From a virus (lineage: Duplodnaviria; Caudoviricetes): DNA of 36,252 nucleotides. Location of the stretch: IMG/VR virus record IMGVR_UViG_3300020045_003199, positions 1 through 36,252 of that record; one strand, given 5' to 3'. The notes below the pieces were generated by a model. It searched no databases. It was not told where the DNA came from and saw nothing but the letters and a program-made list of their open reading frames with translations. How positions within the stretch are numbered: position 1 is the stretch's first letter; every line of letters starts with the position of its first letter. The position numbers and the translations under genes were made by a program. Shown in pieces: positions 1-7,941 of the stretch.

Positions 1-121
1 CATGTTATCGTAGGTGCTTGCTTTATTATACGGCACTTTCAACGGTTCCGGATGAATATTTAATACCTACTGAGTATGGTTTTCCTGAAGATTGCCCGTT
101 ACCTAATGAGCAGTAGTATGA
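1..121. repeat. Terminal direct repeat, copy 1 (121 bp), identical to 36132-36252; probably assembly circularisation overlap
   Basis: catgttatcg...cagtagtatga appears base-for-base at both ends of the window. Confidence 0.95.
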
Positions 122-699
122 ACCGTATAAGTCCATATCATATAATCATAGCCGCGTTGCTGGTTATTGTACTGATTCAGTCACAGTGCAAGCCTAAGCC
201 GGTGCCATGCCCTGAAACAAAGATTACTATTGATTCAGTCCTGATCGTTGACACGCTTAAAATCAAAGGAAATACGGTTTACAAGCCTTTGCCGTACAAG
301 GTAATAGATACGTTTGTTTTGCGTACTGAGGTTGACACAAGTAAGATAATAGCGGAATACATCAAACTGCGTAAATATGACCTACCTGTTATGAATGACA
401 GTAACGGAAATGTAAATGTATTCGCTTCGGTTCAGTTCAATAGGATTTCAGATTGGACTTATACGGCTGAATTTTACCCGAAAACAACGATAATTGAAAA
501 GAATCACGTAATAATTGAGAAGCCGCGCAATAGTTTATACGCTGGCTTTGGTATAGGTTATCAGATTGAATCGAATAAGCCTGTTTTTAAGCCTGTAGTT
601 ACACTGATAACTAAAAAGAGTATGATGTATTCAGTTGCTTATGATCCGTTTAACAACGCGCCTGAAATTGGCGTTTCGTGGAAGATCGGACGAAAATAG
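118..699 (+). CDS. Membrane-anchored or lipoprotein of the lysis region (spanin-like candidate)
   Basis: Start moved to ATG 118, just after the stop of the gene at 36062-36247 across the circular junction (ATG 106 is an alternative). N-terminal hydrophobic helix IIIAALLVIVLI followed by QSQC; beta-strand-rich C-terminus ending GVSWKIGRK; last gene before a terminator. Confidence 0.6.
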   Translation: MNRISPYHIIIAALLVIVLIQSQCKPKPVPCPETKITIDSVLIVDTLKIKGNTVYKPLPYKVIDTFVLRTEVDTSKIIAEYIKLRKYDLPVMNDSNGNVNVFASVQFNRISDWTYTAEFYPKTTIIEKNHVIIEKPRNSLYAGFGIGYQIESNKPVFKPVVTLITKKSMMYSVAYDPFNNAPEIGVSWKIGRK

Positions 700-720
700 T
701 TTGCTTGGGTTGAGTTGTGA

Positions 721-764
721 GCGCATACGCCGGGGTTGTGGTTTTCTCCGGCGTTTTGCGTTTC
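721..764 (+). terminator. Hairpin/terminator ending the late operon; 10-nt loop UUGUGGUUUU
   Basis: Stem ACGCCGGGG (727-735)/CTCCGGCGT (746-754), outer GCGCA/TGCGT, then T-rich tail; the G-U pairs form only in + strand RNA. Confidence 0.75.
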
Positions 765-770
765 GGTAAT

Positions 771-1292
771 CTAAACATGATTAACAACACTATTCAATTT
801 ATTCTCATAAGCAAAACTAGCCTCAATCTGAGTATCAAATCCACCAAGATAAAATCTTTCACCATTTATATCTATTTGAGAAACCCATTTTTTGCGTTTT
901 TTATGCCAACAAACACCCGTGTATTTAGACGAATGAGGTATGTGTTTTCTATTTGAATTAACTCTACATGGCACTATTTCTAAATTATTAATATTATTGT
1001 CGGTTATGATAAAATTTTTATGGTTAACTACTAATATATAACCACATGGAGTATGGCTTAGGAATGTTTCACATACAAGTTGATGGATATATTTTGTAAT
1101 CCTTTTTCCTGATTGTTTTAAGTCAACAACATAATACCCATCTTTATTTATTTGCGGCTTCAATAATTTGCCTTTATGAATTCTTTTCCTTCCATCTGAA
1201 TATTTAACTATTCTATCAGTAGATTTTACGTTACCAAAATTACTTACTTGGTATCCACTAAAAATATTTACGTCTTTCCAAATTTCAATCAT
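771..1292 (-). CDS. NUMOD4-HNH-AP2 homing endonuclease
   Basis: EIWKDV..GYQVSNFGNVKS (NUMOD4); HQLVCETF..VNHKN..DNNINNLE (HNH); SKYTGVCWHKKRKKWVSQI..YLGGF..EA..AY (AP2). Confidence 0.9.
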   Translation of the reverse strand: MIEIWKDVNIFSGYQVSNFGNVKSTDRIVKYSDGRKRIHKGKLLKPQINKDGYYVVDLKQSGKRITKYIHQLVCETFLSHTPCGYILVVNHKNFIITDNNINNLEIVPCRVNSNRKHIPHSSKYTGVCWHKKRKKWVSQIDINGERFYLGGFDTQIEASFAYENKLNSVVNHV

Positions 1293-1302
1293 GGCATATT
1301 TT

Positions 1303-1464
1303 TTATAATTCGCTAATTAATTTATTTACTAACTCTCTTACATTAGATTCACCGCCTAGTTCATATAAACGTTTTTCGCGTATATATATAGGTATTGCTT
1401 TAATTTTATTATCAATAGGTTTACGGCCTGCACCCTTTGCTCTTTTTTTAATTTCTTTTTTCAT
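1303..1464 (-). CDS. 53-aa basic DNA-binding protein (GAGRKP motif); candidate regulator, not in the ORF track
   Basis: Manual translation MKKEIKKRAKGAGRKPIDNKIKAIPIYIREKRLYELGGESNVRELVNKLISEL*; has its own promoter upstream. Confidence 0.75.
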   Translation of the reverse strand: MKKEIKKRAKGAGRKPIDNKIKAIPIYIREKRLYELGGESNVRELVNKLISEL

Positions 1465-1479
1465 GTTTTTATTTTTTTA

Positions 1480-1522
1480 CAAATATAGATATAATTTACG
1501 TTTTATTAATAGTTGTTAATAA
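1480..1522 (-). promoter_or_regulatory. Leftward promoter: TTATTAACA box plus TATATTTG -7 element (35-nt offset)
   Basis: Reverse complement of tgttaataa (1514-1522) and caaatata (1480-1487). Confidence 0.7.
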
Positions 1523-1664
1523 AATTATATAAAATAATAAAACACGACATTTTTATAAATTATTTATTATTAATAATTAGATTAATATTATTATTTTATT
1601 ATTATTGTTTTTATAATATACTATATATCAAAGCATTATATTGTTATAAAAATATTTTCACTAT

Positions 1665-1698
1665 TTTGTAAATAATTAATAAATCGTATATACCTTTA
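1665..1698 (+). promoter_or_regulatory. Rightward early promoter (TTTG ... TACCTTTA)
   Basis: Bacteroidota-like -33/-7 elements in the AT-rich divergent region, 25 nt before ATG 1724. Confidence 0.55.
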
Positions 1699-1723
1699 CA
1701 ATATCAAACTAAAACAAAATACC

Positions 1724-1906
1724 ATGAAAACTTTACAAATGATTTACCTGATTTGCACAAGCCCTGAGTTTGACAATGTTATAATTGGGGATGAAGATGA
1801 CAGAACGAGAATTGAAGCAATTGAAAGATTATCAATTGAGCATGAATCTGAATTATGGAAATATCATAAATATTTTGATGATAAAACAATTTTGATTTGG
1901 CAATAA
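1724..1906 (+). CDS. Hypothetical early protein
   Basis: First ORF after the early promoter; A-rich leader. Confidence 0.6.
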   Translation: MKTLQMIYLICTSPEFDNVIIGDEDDRTRIEAIERLSIEHESELWKYHKYFDDKTILIWQ

Positions 1907-1952
1907 TAATTAACTAAAAAAAGATGTGCCAACGGCTACACGGGCAAGAGAG

Positions 1953-2255
1953 ATGAAACATACTAAAGGAGAATGGGAATGGTTCGATAACGGACAATAT
2001 CTCGAAGTAAGAGGTTCAGAATCGTTATCTCCAAATATTGCGATTTTTACAATATCAAGACAAGATCACCATGATTTTGATGAAGATGATATTTGCGAGA
2101 AACTTGAGGCAATAGCCAACGCCAAACTAATCGCAGCCGCGCCGGATTTACTTGAGGCCTGTATTAAAATGATTGAGCATTACGACCGCTATCTTTTATC
2201 ACAGAATGATGTTTACACAGAAATGAAAGCAGCCATTAACAAAGCCACCATTTAA
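1953..2255 (+). CDS. Conserved phage hypothetical protein (HTxGxW...ANAxLIAAAPDLLEA type)
   Basis: Motifs MKHTKGEW and ANAKLIAAAPDLLEA; start reassigned to ATG 1953. Confidence 0.75.
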   Translation: MKHTKGEWEWFDNGQYLEVRGSESLSPNIAIFTISRQDHHDFDEDDICEKLEAIANAKLIAAAPDLLEACIKMIEHYDRYLLSQNDVYTEMKAAINKATI

Positions 2256-2267
2256 CACATAATCACC

Positions 2268-2540
2268 ATGAAACAAATCAACCTAAAACTACCCGCCGAA
2301 CAGATCGACCACCTGGCGACAGTCGGCAACAAATCAGAATACATCCGAAACCTGATTCAGTCGGATATGCACAAAGAGACGCGGTATGAGTATATCTGGC
2401 CGATCATAAGCAAGTACACACTAAATTCAGTACAAACAGGTAATAACTTAGGCTTGATTGCTGACCTTTCAATGATGTTAGCCAGATCAATAAGCGGCGA
2501 AGATATTATCACTGAACTTATGGAAGGAGGCTCAAAATGA
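2268..2540 (+). CDS. Ribbon-helix-helix DNA-binding protein
   Basis: MKQINLKLPAEQIDHL...NKSEYIRNLI matches the RHH (CopG/Arc-like) pattern. Confidence 0.7.
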   Translation: MKQINLKLPAEQIDHLATVGNKSEYIRNLIQSDMHKETRYEYIWPIISKYTLNSVQTGNNLGLIADLSMMLARSISGEDIITELMEGGSK

Positions 2541-2731
2541 ACCTAAAACTAATATCAGAAATAGACGACTGCACCGGCGAATTGAAGTATTTGATTTATA
2601 AAGATGATACCATTGTAATGGTTACATACTTCGAACAGAAAGCACATAAAGAGTTTGATAAATTCGTTAAAGTGCAAACAGAATTGAAACAGGAATCAAT
2701 TCGTAAAACAATTAAAGAAATTGAGATATGA
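2537..2731 (+). CDS. Hypothetical protein
   Basis: ATGA overlaps at both ends. Confidence 0.7.
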   Translation: MNLKLISEIDDCTGELKYLIYKDDTIVMVTYFEQKAHKEFDKFVKVQTELKQESIRKTIKEIEI

Positions 2732-2979
2732 GCTACAACCATTACTTCCCAGGCTCCGACAGTTACGAAGGACACTGCCCGAAATGTGGAAAACGATCAC
2801 ACACCTGTTACGATGAACTTTGTGAATCATGCTTTGAAGATGAGCCGGTACGATGCCCACTTTGCGGCGATCACTACCAACCAGATCAGATGGAAGGTTC
2901 AATATGCCGCCCATGTTTCGAATATGAACGGGATGAAAAGAGGTGGATTGTGGAGGATTGGTTTAGTAGTAGTCATTGA
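2728..2979 (+). CDS. Small zinc-ribbon protein
   Basis: Four CxxC pairs (CPKC, CESC, CPLC, CRPC); ATGA-coupled start. Confidence 0.75.
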   Translation: MSYNHYFPGSDSYEGHCPKCGKRSHTCYDELCESCFEDEPVRCPLCGDHYQPDQMEGSICRPCFEYERDEKRWIVEDWFSSSH

Positions 2980-2994
2980 TAAAAATATATAGAT

Positions 2995-3204
2995 ATGAAA
3001 TACATAGACTTAGTTATTATACTAGATGATAACCTTGCAATTAAATCGGTTACAATCGACATGAATGACACCGGGCTTCCTAGTGATTCGAGTTTAATAA
3101 AAATGGTATCTGTTGCATTATTAAAAAGCATGCAAATGAATAAGGAGAGTGTAGGAGTTCAGGATATATTAAACGAACTAAACATACCTACTAAACCTGA
3201 ATAA
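2995..3204 (+). CDS. Hypothetical protein
   Basis: Fills the gap in the operon. Confidence 0.6.
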   Translation: MKYIDLVIILDDNLAIKSVTIDMNDTGLPSDSSLIKMVSVALLKSMQMNKESVGVQDILNELNIPTKPE

Positions 3205-3205
3205 C

Positions 3206-3283
3206 TGACATATATCAACCGAAACCACTACAAATCTCAACGGTTACAGAGAACAACGTATATACTTTAACCTTAACTTAGCA
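3206..3283 (+). promoter_or_regulatory. Class-B promoter copy 1: tandem TGA-N6-TCA-like sites plus TAACTTAGCA
   Basis: TGACATATATCA (3206-3217), CTACAAATCTCA (3228-3239), TAACTTAGCA (3274-3283); architecture repeated at 6206 and 12418. Confidence 0.7.
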
Positions 3284-3303
3284 TAAAATTAAAACCACAC
3301 GAA

Positions 3304-3588
3304 ATGACACTAATAGAAGAAATAGAATTTCAAAACGTAGATGGAACCTACTACTACAAAGATGTAGAATTTGAGGCAGAACCATCAGTATGCAACGATT
3401 CAATCGGTTCATATGAATATTGGGGACAGAAGTGTTACGACCATCAGCCGGACTATATCAGCACATCCGATAACGGAGGTACAACCTGGGATGAATCAAT
3501 ATATACCGAATCAGAAAATAAGGTGATTAAAAAGGTTGTAGAAGATTACGTTGATAATAAATTTTGTGAACTATATATTAATAATTAA
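3304..3588 (+). CDS. Acidic hypothetical protein
   Basis: DSIGSYEYWGQK motif; preceded by AAAACCACAC. Confidence 0.75.
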   Translation: MTLIEEIEFQNVDGTYYYKDVEFEAEPSVCNDSIGSYEYWGQKCYDHQPDYISTSDNGGTTWDESIYTESENKVIKKVVEDYVDNKFCELYINN

Positions 3589-3600
3589 ACCACACGAATT

Positions 3601-4068
3601 ATGAAAACCACGAAACAATCAGTAGATTACCTCCGAATGATGGAGGCAGAGAACCCAAGAATCAGGAAAGGTAATGCTAACATACGTCAGTCAGAAATAT
3701 ATGTTTCTGATATAATGGTACTATTCACCAACAGCGGAACCATTCACGACAAAGTTGCAGAACTTCAGCAACACTTCATTGACAAAATAGTAACCTGCGA
3801 TTTCGAGGTTATTAAGTTTGAAGTAAACTATTGCCAGGTTCAAATCGAAGGCCAATACAATTTCAATATCTGGATTGGTAACGGTTCGAAATATTGCAGG
3901 GTTTGGGGTGCAATCGGTGATCAGTTTATGCAGTTACCTGACTTCACAGACGAACAACAGGTAAAAGTATTCGAAGGACTATCCGAACTGTATATCAAAA
4001 ATACCGAATTGATTAAGGCTGAAAAAGTGGCCAGGTTAAAGAAGGAATTAACTGAACTCGAATCGTAA
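3601..4068 (+). CDS. Hypothetical protein
   Basis: 155-aa ORF preceded by AAACCACACGAA. Confidence 0.75.
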   Translation: MKTTKQSVDYLRMMEAENPRIRKGNANIRQSEIYVSDIMVLFTNSGTIHDKVAELQQHFIDKIVTCDFEVIKFEVNYCQVQIEGQYNFNIWIGNGSKYCRVWGAIGDQFMQLPDFTDEQQVKVFEGLSELYIKNTELIKAEKVARLKKELTELES

Positions 4069-4079
4069 AACCACAACAC

Positions 4080-4712
4080 ATGACAAACATAACGAAATTT
4101 GAATCAAATATCGAACTCCTGGTTAAACAGGATAAGATCATGGTTGCACTGAATCAACCGCCCCCGCAGGAATGGGTAAAAATTCATCCGTTCATTAAGG
4201 ACTTTAATTATATCCCGATTGAGCGGGTTGAATGGTTGCTGAAAACCTTTTTCAAGACTTCATATAAAATTGAAGTTATCAAAACAGGAACACTGTTAAA
4301 TGCTATTGAGGTTACTGTAAGGGTACATTACAAGTATGCCGATTCTGAAGAGTGGATGTTTCACGACGGGGTAGGGGCAAAGGAAATACAGACTACAAAG
4401 GGGAGCGGCGGTCTTAACCTGGATTTGTCGAACATTAACAGGGGAGCGGTAGAAATGGCGTTACCGATTGCTAAAACAATAGCGATTAAAGATGCTTGCG
4501 ACCACTTTGGTAAGTTATTCGGTTCGGATCTTAATAGGAAAGTTCAGATCGGATATGCCGAAGATACCAAACTCCAACCGATTGACATTAACAGCGAACT
4601 TTTTAAGAAAATGAAAGAAGCTGTTAAGTCGGGGAGTTACACTATTGAACAGATTGAACGGAAATATTCATTAACACAGGAAGCAAAGGAGGCACTGAAT
4701 GAAACAATTTAA
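4080..4712 (+). CDS. Single-strand annealing protein, Rad52/Sak-like
   Basis: YIPIERVEWLL...HDGVGA...A.TIAIKDA..HFGKLFGSDLNRK; directly upstream of an exonuclease. Confidence 0.7.
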   Translation: MTNITKFESNIELLVKQDKIMVALNQPPPQEWVKIHPFIKDFNYIPIERVEWLLKTFFKTSYKIEVIKTGTLLNAIEVTVRVHYKYADSEEWMFHDGVGAKEIQTTKGSGGLNLDLSNINRGAVEMALPIAKTIAIKDACDHFGKLFGSDLNRKVQIGYAEDTKLQPIDINSELFKKMKEAVKSGSYTIEQIERKYSLTQEAKEALNETI

Positions 4713-5292
4713 ACTCCGCGCATCAGCCGCCGGTACACTAGTACCAAACGGTAAAGGTTCTTTAATCTCAGTAGGTGGTAAAACCTACCTGAAAGAATGG
4801 GTTATCTCACAACTTTACGGCGTTGAAAGGCAGATAAAATCAAAGTACATTGATAAGGGCGTAATGATGGAGGATGAAGCAATTGACTTTGTAGTAAGAA
4901 CGCTCGATTTGCAGTTTACGATTAAGAATGAAAAAAGGTTTGAAGATGAATTTTTCACCGGTGAGCCTGATATGCTTACAGATGAATATGTGGACGAAAT
5001 TAAAAATTCGTATGATTGTTTTTCTTTTCCTTTGTTTGAAACTGAAATACCTAATCCGGATTATTTTTTCCAAGTTCAAATATATATGCATCTAACAGGA
5101 AAGCGAAAAGCAAGGTTACACTATGTTTTATTAGATACACCCGCAACACAATGGGATGCAGGAATAATATATAATGTACCTGACGAATTAAGGCGAAAAA
5201 CATTCTACGTTGAATACGATCCGGATGTAATCACTATGTTGCAAGCAAAAGTAACTGAAGCACGGGAATATATTAAAACAATAGCAATATGA
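4699..5292 (+). CDS. YqaJ/lambda-Exo-like PD-(D/E)xK exonuclease
   Basis: RAS..G, KG..MEDEA, GEPD, EIKNS and YFFQVQIYM motifs. Confidence 0.85.
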   Translation: MKQFKLRASAAGTLVPNGKGSLISVGGKTYLKEWVISQLYGVERQIKSKYIDKGVMMEDEAIDFVVRTLDLQFTIKNEKRFEDEFFTGEPDMLTDEYVDEIKNSYDCFSFPLFETEIPNPDYFFQVQIYMHLTGKRKARLHYVLLDTPATQWDAGIIYNVPDELRRKTFYVEYDPDVITMLQAKVTEAREYIKTIAI

Positions 5293-5498
5293 TTAAAGAT
5301 TCAGACCTCCAAACATTAAAGGAACGTATAAATAAGATGATTGATGAAAAACGTGTAAAATCATGTATTTATACTGTTGAACACAAAACAAGTACAATTC
5401 CTGCATGGGATTGGGAAATAATAAATGACCCACAGTATTGCGTTTTAGAATTACAATCAGATACCGAAAATTTTAAATTAACAATTCAATTAAGATAA
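5289..5498 (+). CDS. Hypothetical protein
   Basis: ATGA-coupled to the exonuclease. Confidence 0.65.
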   Translation: MIKDSDLQTLKERINKMIDEKRVKSCIYTVEHKTSTIPAWDWEIINDPQYCVLELQSDTENFKLTIQLR

Positions 5499-5540
5499 CC
5501 AAAACCCAGAATAGCACGTGGACTGTAACCGTGATTTGAG

Positions 5541-5867
5541 ATGTCGGCCCCAGTTAAACATACTTGTCCAGATATTGACAAAATAATATCACAGGTAAAA
5601 TCTGCTGTAAAAGAATTAGAAAATGCAAAAAAACTACTCACACATGAAAAAATAGCAGACGCTGATTATTCAATTGATTACGCTATACGAGAGATTGAAG
5701 ATTTATGTGACAGTGGTTATTATGGTAGGATAAATAATCCATTAGAAGAATTACGAAGGTCAAACTCGTCGCTTCGTGAATGGGGCGAAGAACTAGAAAA
5801 TGAAAATGAAAAGCTAAGTAAAAAAATTGAAGAACTAGAAACCGAACTTAATACTTCACTCCTATGA
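5541..5867 (+). CDS. Coiled-coil hypothetical protein
   Basis: HTCPDID...LEELRRSNSSLREWG with a coiled-coil tail. Confidence 0.75.
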   Translation: MSAPVKHTCPDIDKIISQVKSAVKELENAKKLLTHEKIADADYSIDYAIREIEDLCDSGYYGRINNPLEELRRSNSSLREWGEELENENEKLSKKIEELETELNTSLL

Positions 5868-6208
5868 AAACCTCACACAAAATCCTCCTCACAATCGCAA
5901 TCTTATCAACCTCCGGCGCAATCAGCTACGGAATGAACAGCTGGTTAATATTTCTCGCTTTGCTGTTCTTAGCCGCGTTCCTGTTCTTCCTTTTTTCACT
6001 GTGTTTTATTTCAGCCCGTGCAACTGCAACCGAGGACAGGATAAACCTCGCAGCCTGGCGCGCCGGACTACAATATAAAGACCTGGTTAAAGTAGGAGGC
6101 GTTCAGTATCGTGTTGAATCCAGACACCCTAATAACGTTATTGAACTGTTCCGATATTCCTACGAAAATAAGTTTGTTACGGTTGATGAGTGTTGGCCGG
6201 TGGATTGA
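5864..6208 (+). CDS. Membrane protein with two N-terminal hydrophobic segments
   Basis: ILLTIAIL and WLIFLALLFLAAFLFFLFSLCFI. Confidence 0.7.
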   Translation: MKTSHKILLTIAILSTSGAISYGMNSWLIFLALLFLAAFLFFLFSLCFISARATATEDRINLAAWRAGLQYKDLVKVGGVQYRVESRHPNNVIELFRYSYENKFVTVDECWPVD

Positions 6209-6283
6209 TAAATCTCAACCGAAACACGAGTAAATGTCAGCGGTGAAGTGATACTGGAATTAATTAATTAGAGTAAATTAGCA
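6206..6283 (+). promoter_or_regulatory. Class-B promoter copy 2
   Basis: TGATAAATCTCA (6206-6217), GAGTAAATGTCA (6228-6239), TAAATTAGCA (6274-6283); same 22-nt and 68-nt offsets as copy 1. Confidence 0.7.
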
Positions 6284-6286
6284 CTC

Positions 6287-7006
6287 ATGGAAAGTATAGT
6301 ATATAACGAAGATTGCAGATTGACTGCAGGCCGTTATCCTGATGGGTATTTCGATTGGGTTGTTGACGATGTTCCTTATGGTATTGGAGTTGGAAAGATG
6401 GCATTTTTGACGGAGGTAAAAACAACAGTAAAGCAAAAGAACGGAACCAGGTTGAACGGAAATAAAAATAAAACACCGCACAAAATTAAAGAATGGGATT
6501 TATTGCCTCCACCTCAATCATATTTTGATGAAATGAGGCGAATATCTAAGAATCAAATAATATTTGGAGTTGAGTATGTGAATTGGGAAGGAATGGGGAA
6601 AGGTAGAATAAAATGGAACAAGGGAGTGCCGGAAGGAATGAGTTTTAAGCCTTACGAAATGGCGTACTGCTCAAGCATAAATTACACGCATGAAATTGAT
6701 TTATTGTGGGCTGGAATGTGCCAAGCGAAAAGCCTATCAGAGCCAATGACACAGCAGGGAAATAAGAAACTTAATGAAAAAAGAATACACCCTTGCTCTA
6801 AACCTATACTTCTTTATAAAAAATTGGCAATAGATTTTGATTTTAAAGGGAAGAAAATATTTTGCGGACATAATGGATCTGGAAATGATCGTATTGCGTG
6901 GTATGGATATGTTTCTGAATTTATTGCGAGTGAAATTGACACCGATTACTTTAACGCACAAGAAAAACGTTTTAACAATTACTTACTTCAACCTACACTC
7001 TTCTAA
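6287..7006 (+). CDS. Orphan N6-adenine/N4-cytosine DNA methyltransferase (beta class)
   Basis: YNEDC, DVPYGIG (DPPY-like motif IV), HPCSKP (HPTQKP-like), CGHNGSG (motif I-like), SEIDTDYF. Confidence 0.85.
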   Translation: MESIVYNEDCRLTAGRYPDGYFDWVVDDVPYGIGVGKMAFLTEVKTTVKQKNGTRLNGNKNKTPHKIKEWDLLPPPQSYFDEMRRISKNQIIFGVEYVNWEGMGKGRIKWNKGVPEGMSFKPYEMAYCSSINYTHEIDLLWAGMCQAKSLSEPMTQQGNKKLNEKRIHPCSKPILLYKKLAIDFDFKGKKIFCGHNGSGNDRIAWYGYVSEFIASEIDTDYFNAQEKRFNNYLLQPTLF

Positions 7007-7008
7007 CC

Positions 7009-7209
7009 ATGCGCACCCTCCACATGCAGGATAATTCAACCATCGTCCAAACCTCAACAGACTGTTATATCTACTACAAAGTACCAGGTCACGGCGGTAC
7101 GAATGCGCGGCCGTGGTGCTTGGTATCGGTTCGTACTCGGTTAGGTAGGCTGGAATGGTTCGGGAGTGAGGAGGAATTAGTTAACCACTTAAACAACATA
7201 CACCCATGA
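7009..7209 (+). CDS. Hypothetical protein
   Basis: Tightly packed; ATGA overlap with the next gene. Confidence 0.6.
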   Translation: MRTLHMQDNSTIVQTSTDCYIYYKVPGHGGTNARPWCLVSVRTRLGRLEWFGSEEELVNHLNNIHP

Positions 7210-7502
7210 AATTTGAAACAGAATATCAATTACAACAATTCCGCGAAGTCGAAAAAGAAATGTTTGATGAAAACGGAAAAGCATTTACAGGTAGTAGGAT
7301 TTCCGAAAGACAATCAGAAGAAATGCTAACACTGATTAATTCTCTTGAAACAGAATTAAAAGAAATGCCAAGCAGAGAACAAATACTTCAATTATTGCAG
7401 GATTCATCTCAGCAGTATGGTGAAACATACGAACAAAGAGCAATATTCGATTCAAACTTTGGAGAATTATCAGATGTTATAATAAAACTAATCCAGCATT
7501 AA
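7206..7502 (+). CDS. Hypothetical protein
   Basis: Operonic ORF. Confidence 0.65.
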   Translation: MKFETEYQLQQFREVEKEMFDENGKAFTGSRISERQSEEMLTLINSLETELKEMPSREQILQLLQDSSQQYGETYEQRAIFDSNFGELSDVIIKLIQH

Positions 7503-7512
7503 CACCACACCC

Positions 7513-7800
7513 ATGACAAAACCCACGAACCACCGTCAACAAGCCGCCTCGATGTGCCTTGTGACATCAGTAAACCGTAAACATGTAGTGATGCCGTTCG
7601 TGCGTGATGACCCGCACTGGCCTGAACCTAATTACCTGAATACAGGCATGGCACTTGTCGGAGTGTTGCAGGCAGGCCAGACATTAACAGAATTTCGCAA
7701 CGATTGGATTACAATGAAGGAGACATTCGAGAGGCGGGCGATGGATATAGTGCCGGTGAAAAGGCGGGGTGGGAAGTTATTAACAAGTGAAAGAGAATAG
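7513..7800 (+). CDS. Hypothetical protein
   Basis: Operonic ORF preceded by CACCACACCC. Confidence 0.6.
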   Translation: MTKPTNHRQQAASMCLVTSVNRKHVVMPFVRDDPHWPEPNYLNTGMALVGVLQAGQTLTEFRNDWITMKETFERRAMDIVPVKRRGGKLLTSERE

Positions 7801-7819
7801 GAAAAGTTTTGTATATTTA
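7777..7819 (+). promoter_or_regulatory. Class-A promoter of the replication operon: TTATTAACA plus TATATTTA
   Basis: Box at 7777-7785, -7-like element at 7812-7819 (35-nt offset). Confidence 0.65.
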
Positions 7820-7827
7820 CAGTTGAA

Positions 7828-7924
7828 AGTCCAAGCCATTGAAAAAGAAATTTCACATCCATTTTAGCATTGCCCTTCACCGCCTGGCTTGGACTCCTTC
7901 GGTAAGGGCTTTGCTATTATGGAT
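7828..7924 (+). ncRNA. Structured 5' leader (pseudoknot) of the HNH-primase operon
   Basis: Long stem 7857-7882/7900-7924 whose loop TGGCTTGGACT (7885-7895) is complementary to AGTCCAAGCCA (7828-7838). Confidence 0.65.
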
Positions 7925-7941
7925 ATTTTAATACTTATACT

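Noticed and set aside
1-121. 121-bp terminal repeat as a biological DTR
   Set aside because: It falls inside coding sequence and has the size of an assembler overlap, and the PBSX/SPP1-like TerL suggests headful packaging. Treated as circularisation evidence only.
1926-1947. Small GC hairpin TGCC...GGCA before ATG 1953
   Set aside because: Only a 4-bp stem with no repeat elsewhere; insufficient support
5514-5533. GACTGTAA small hairpin resembling a tRNA anticodon arm
   Set aside because: No D/T arms or acceptor stem, and the spacer is too short for a tRNA
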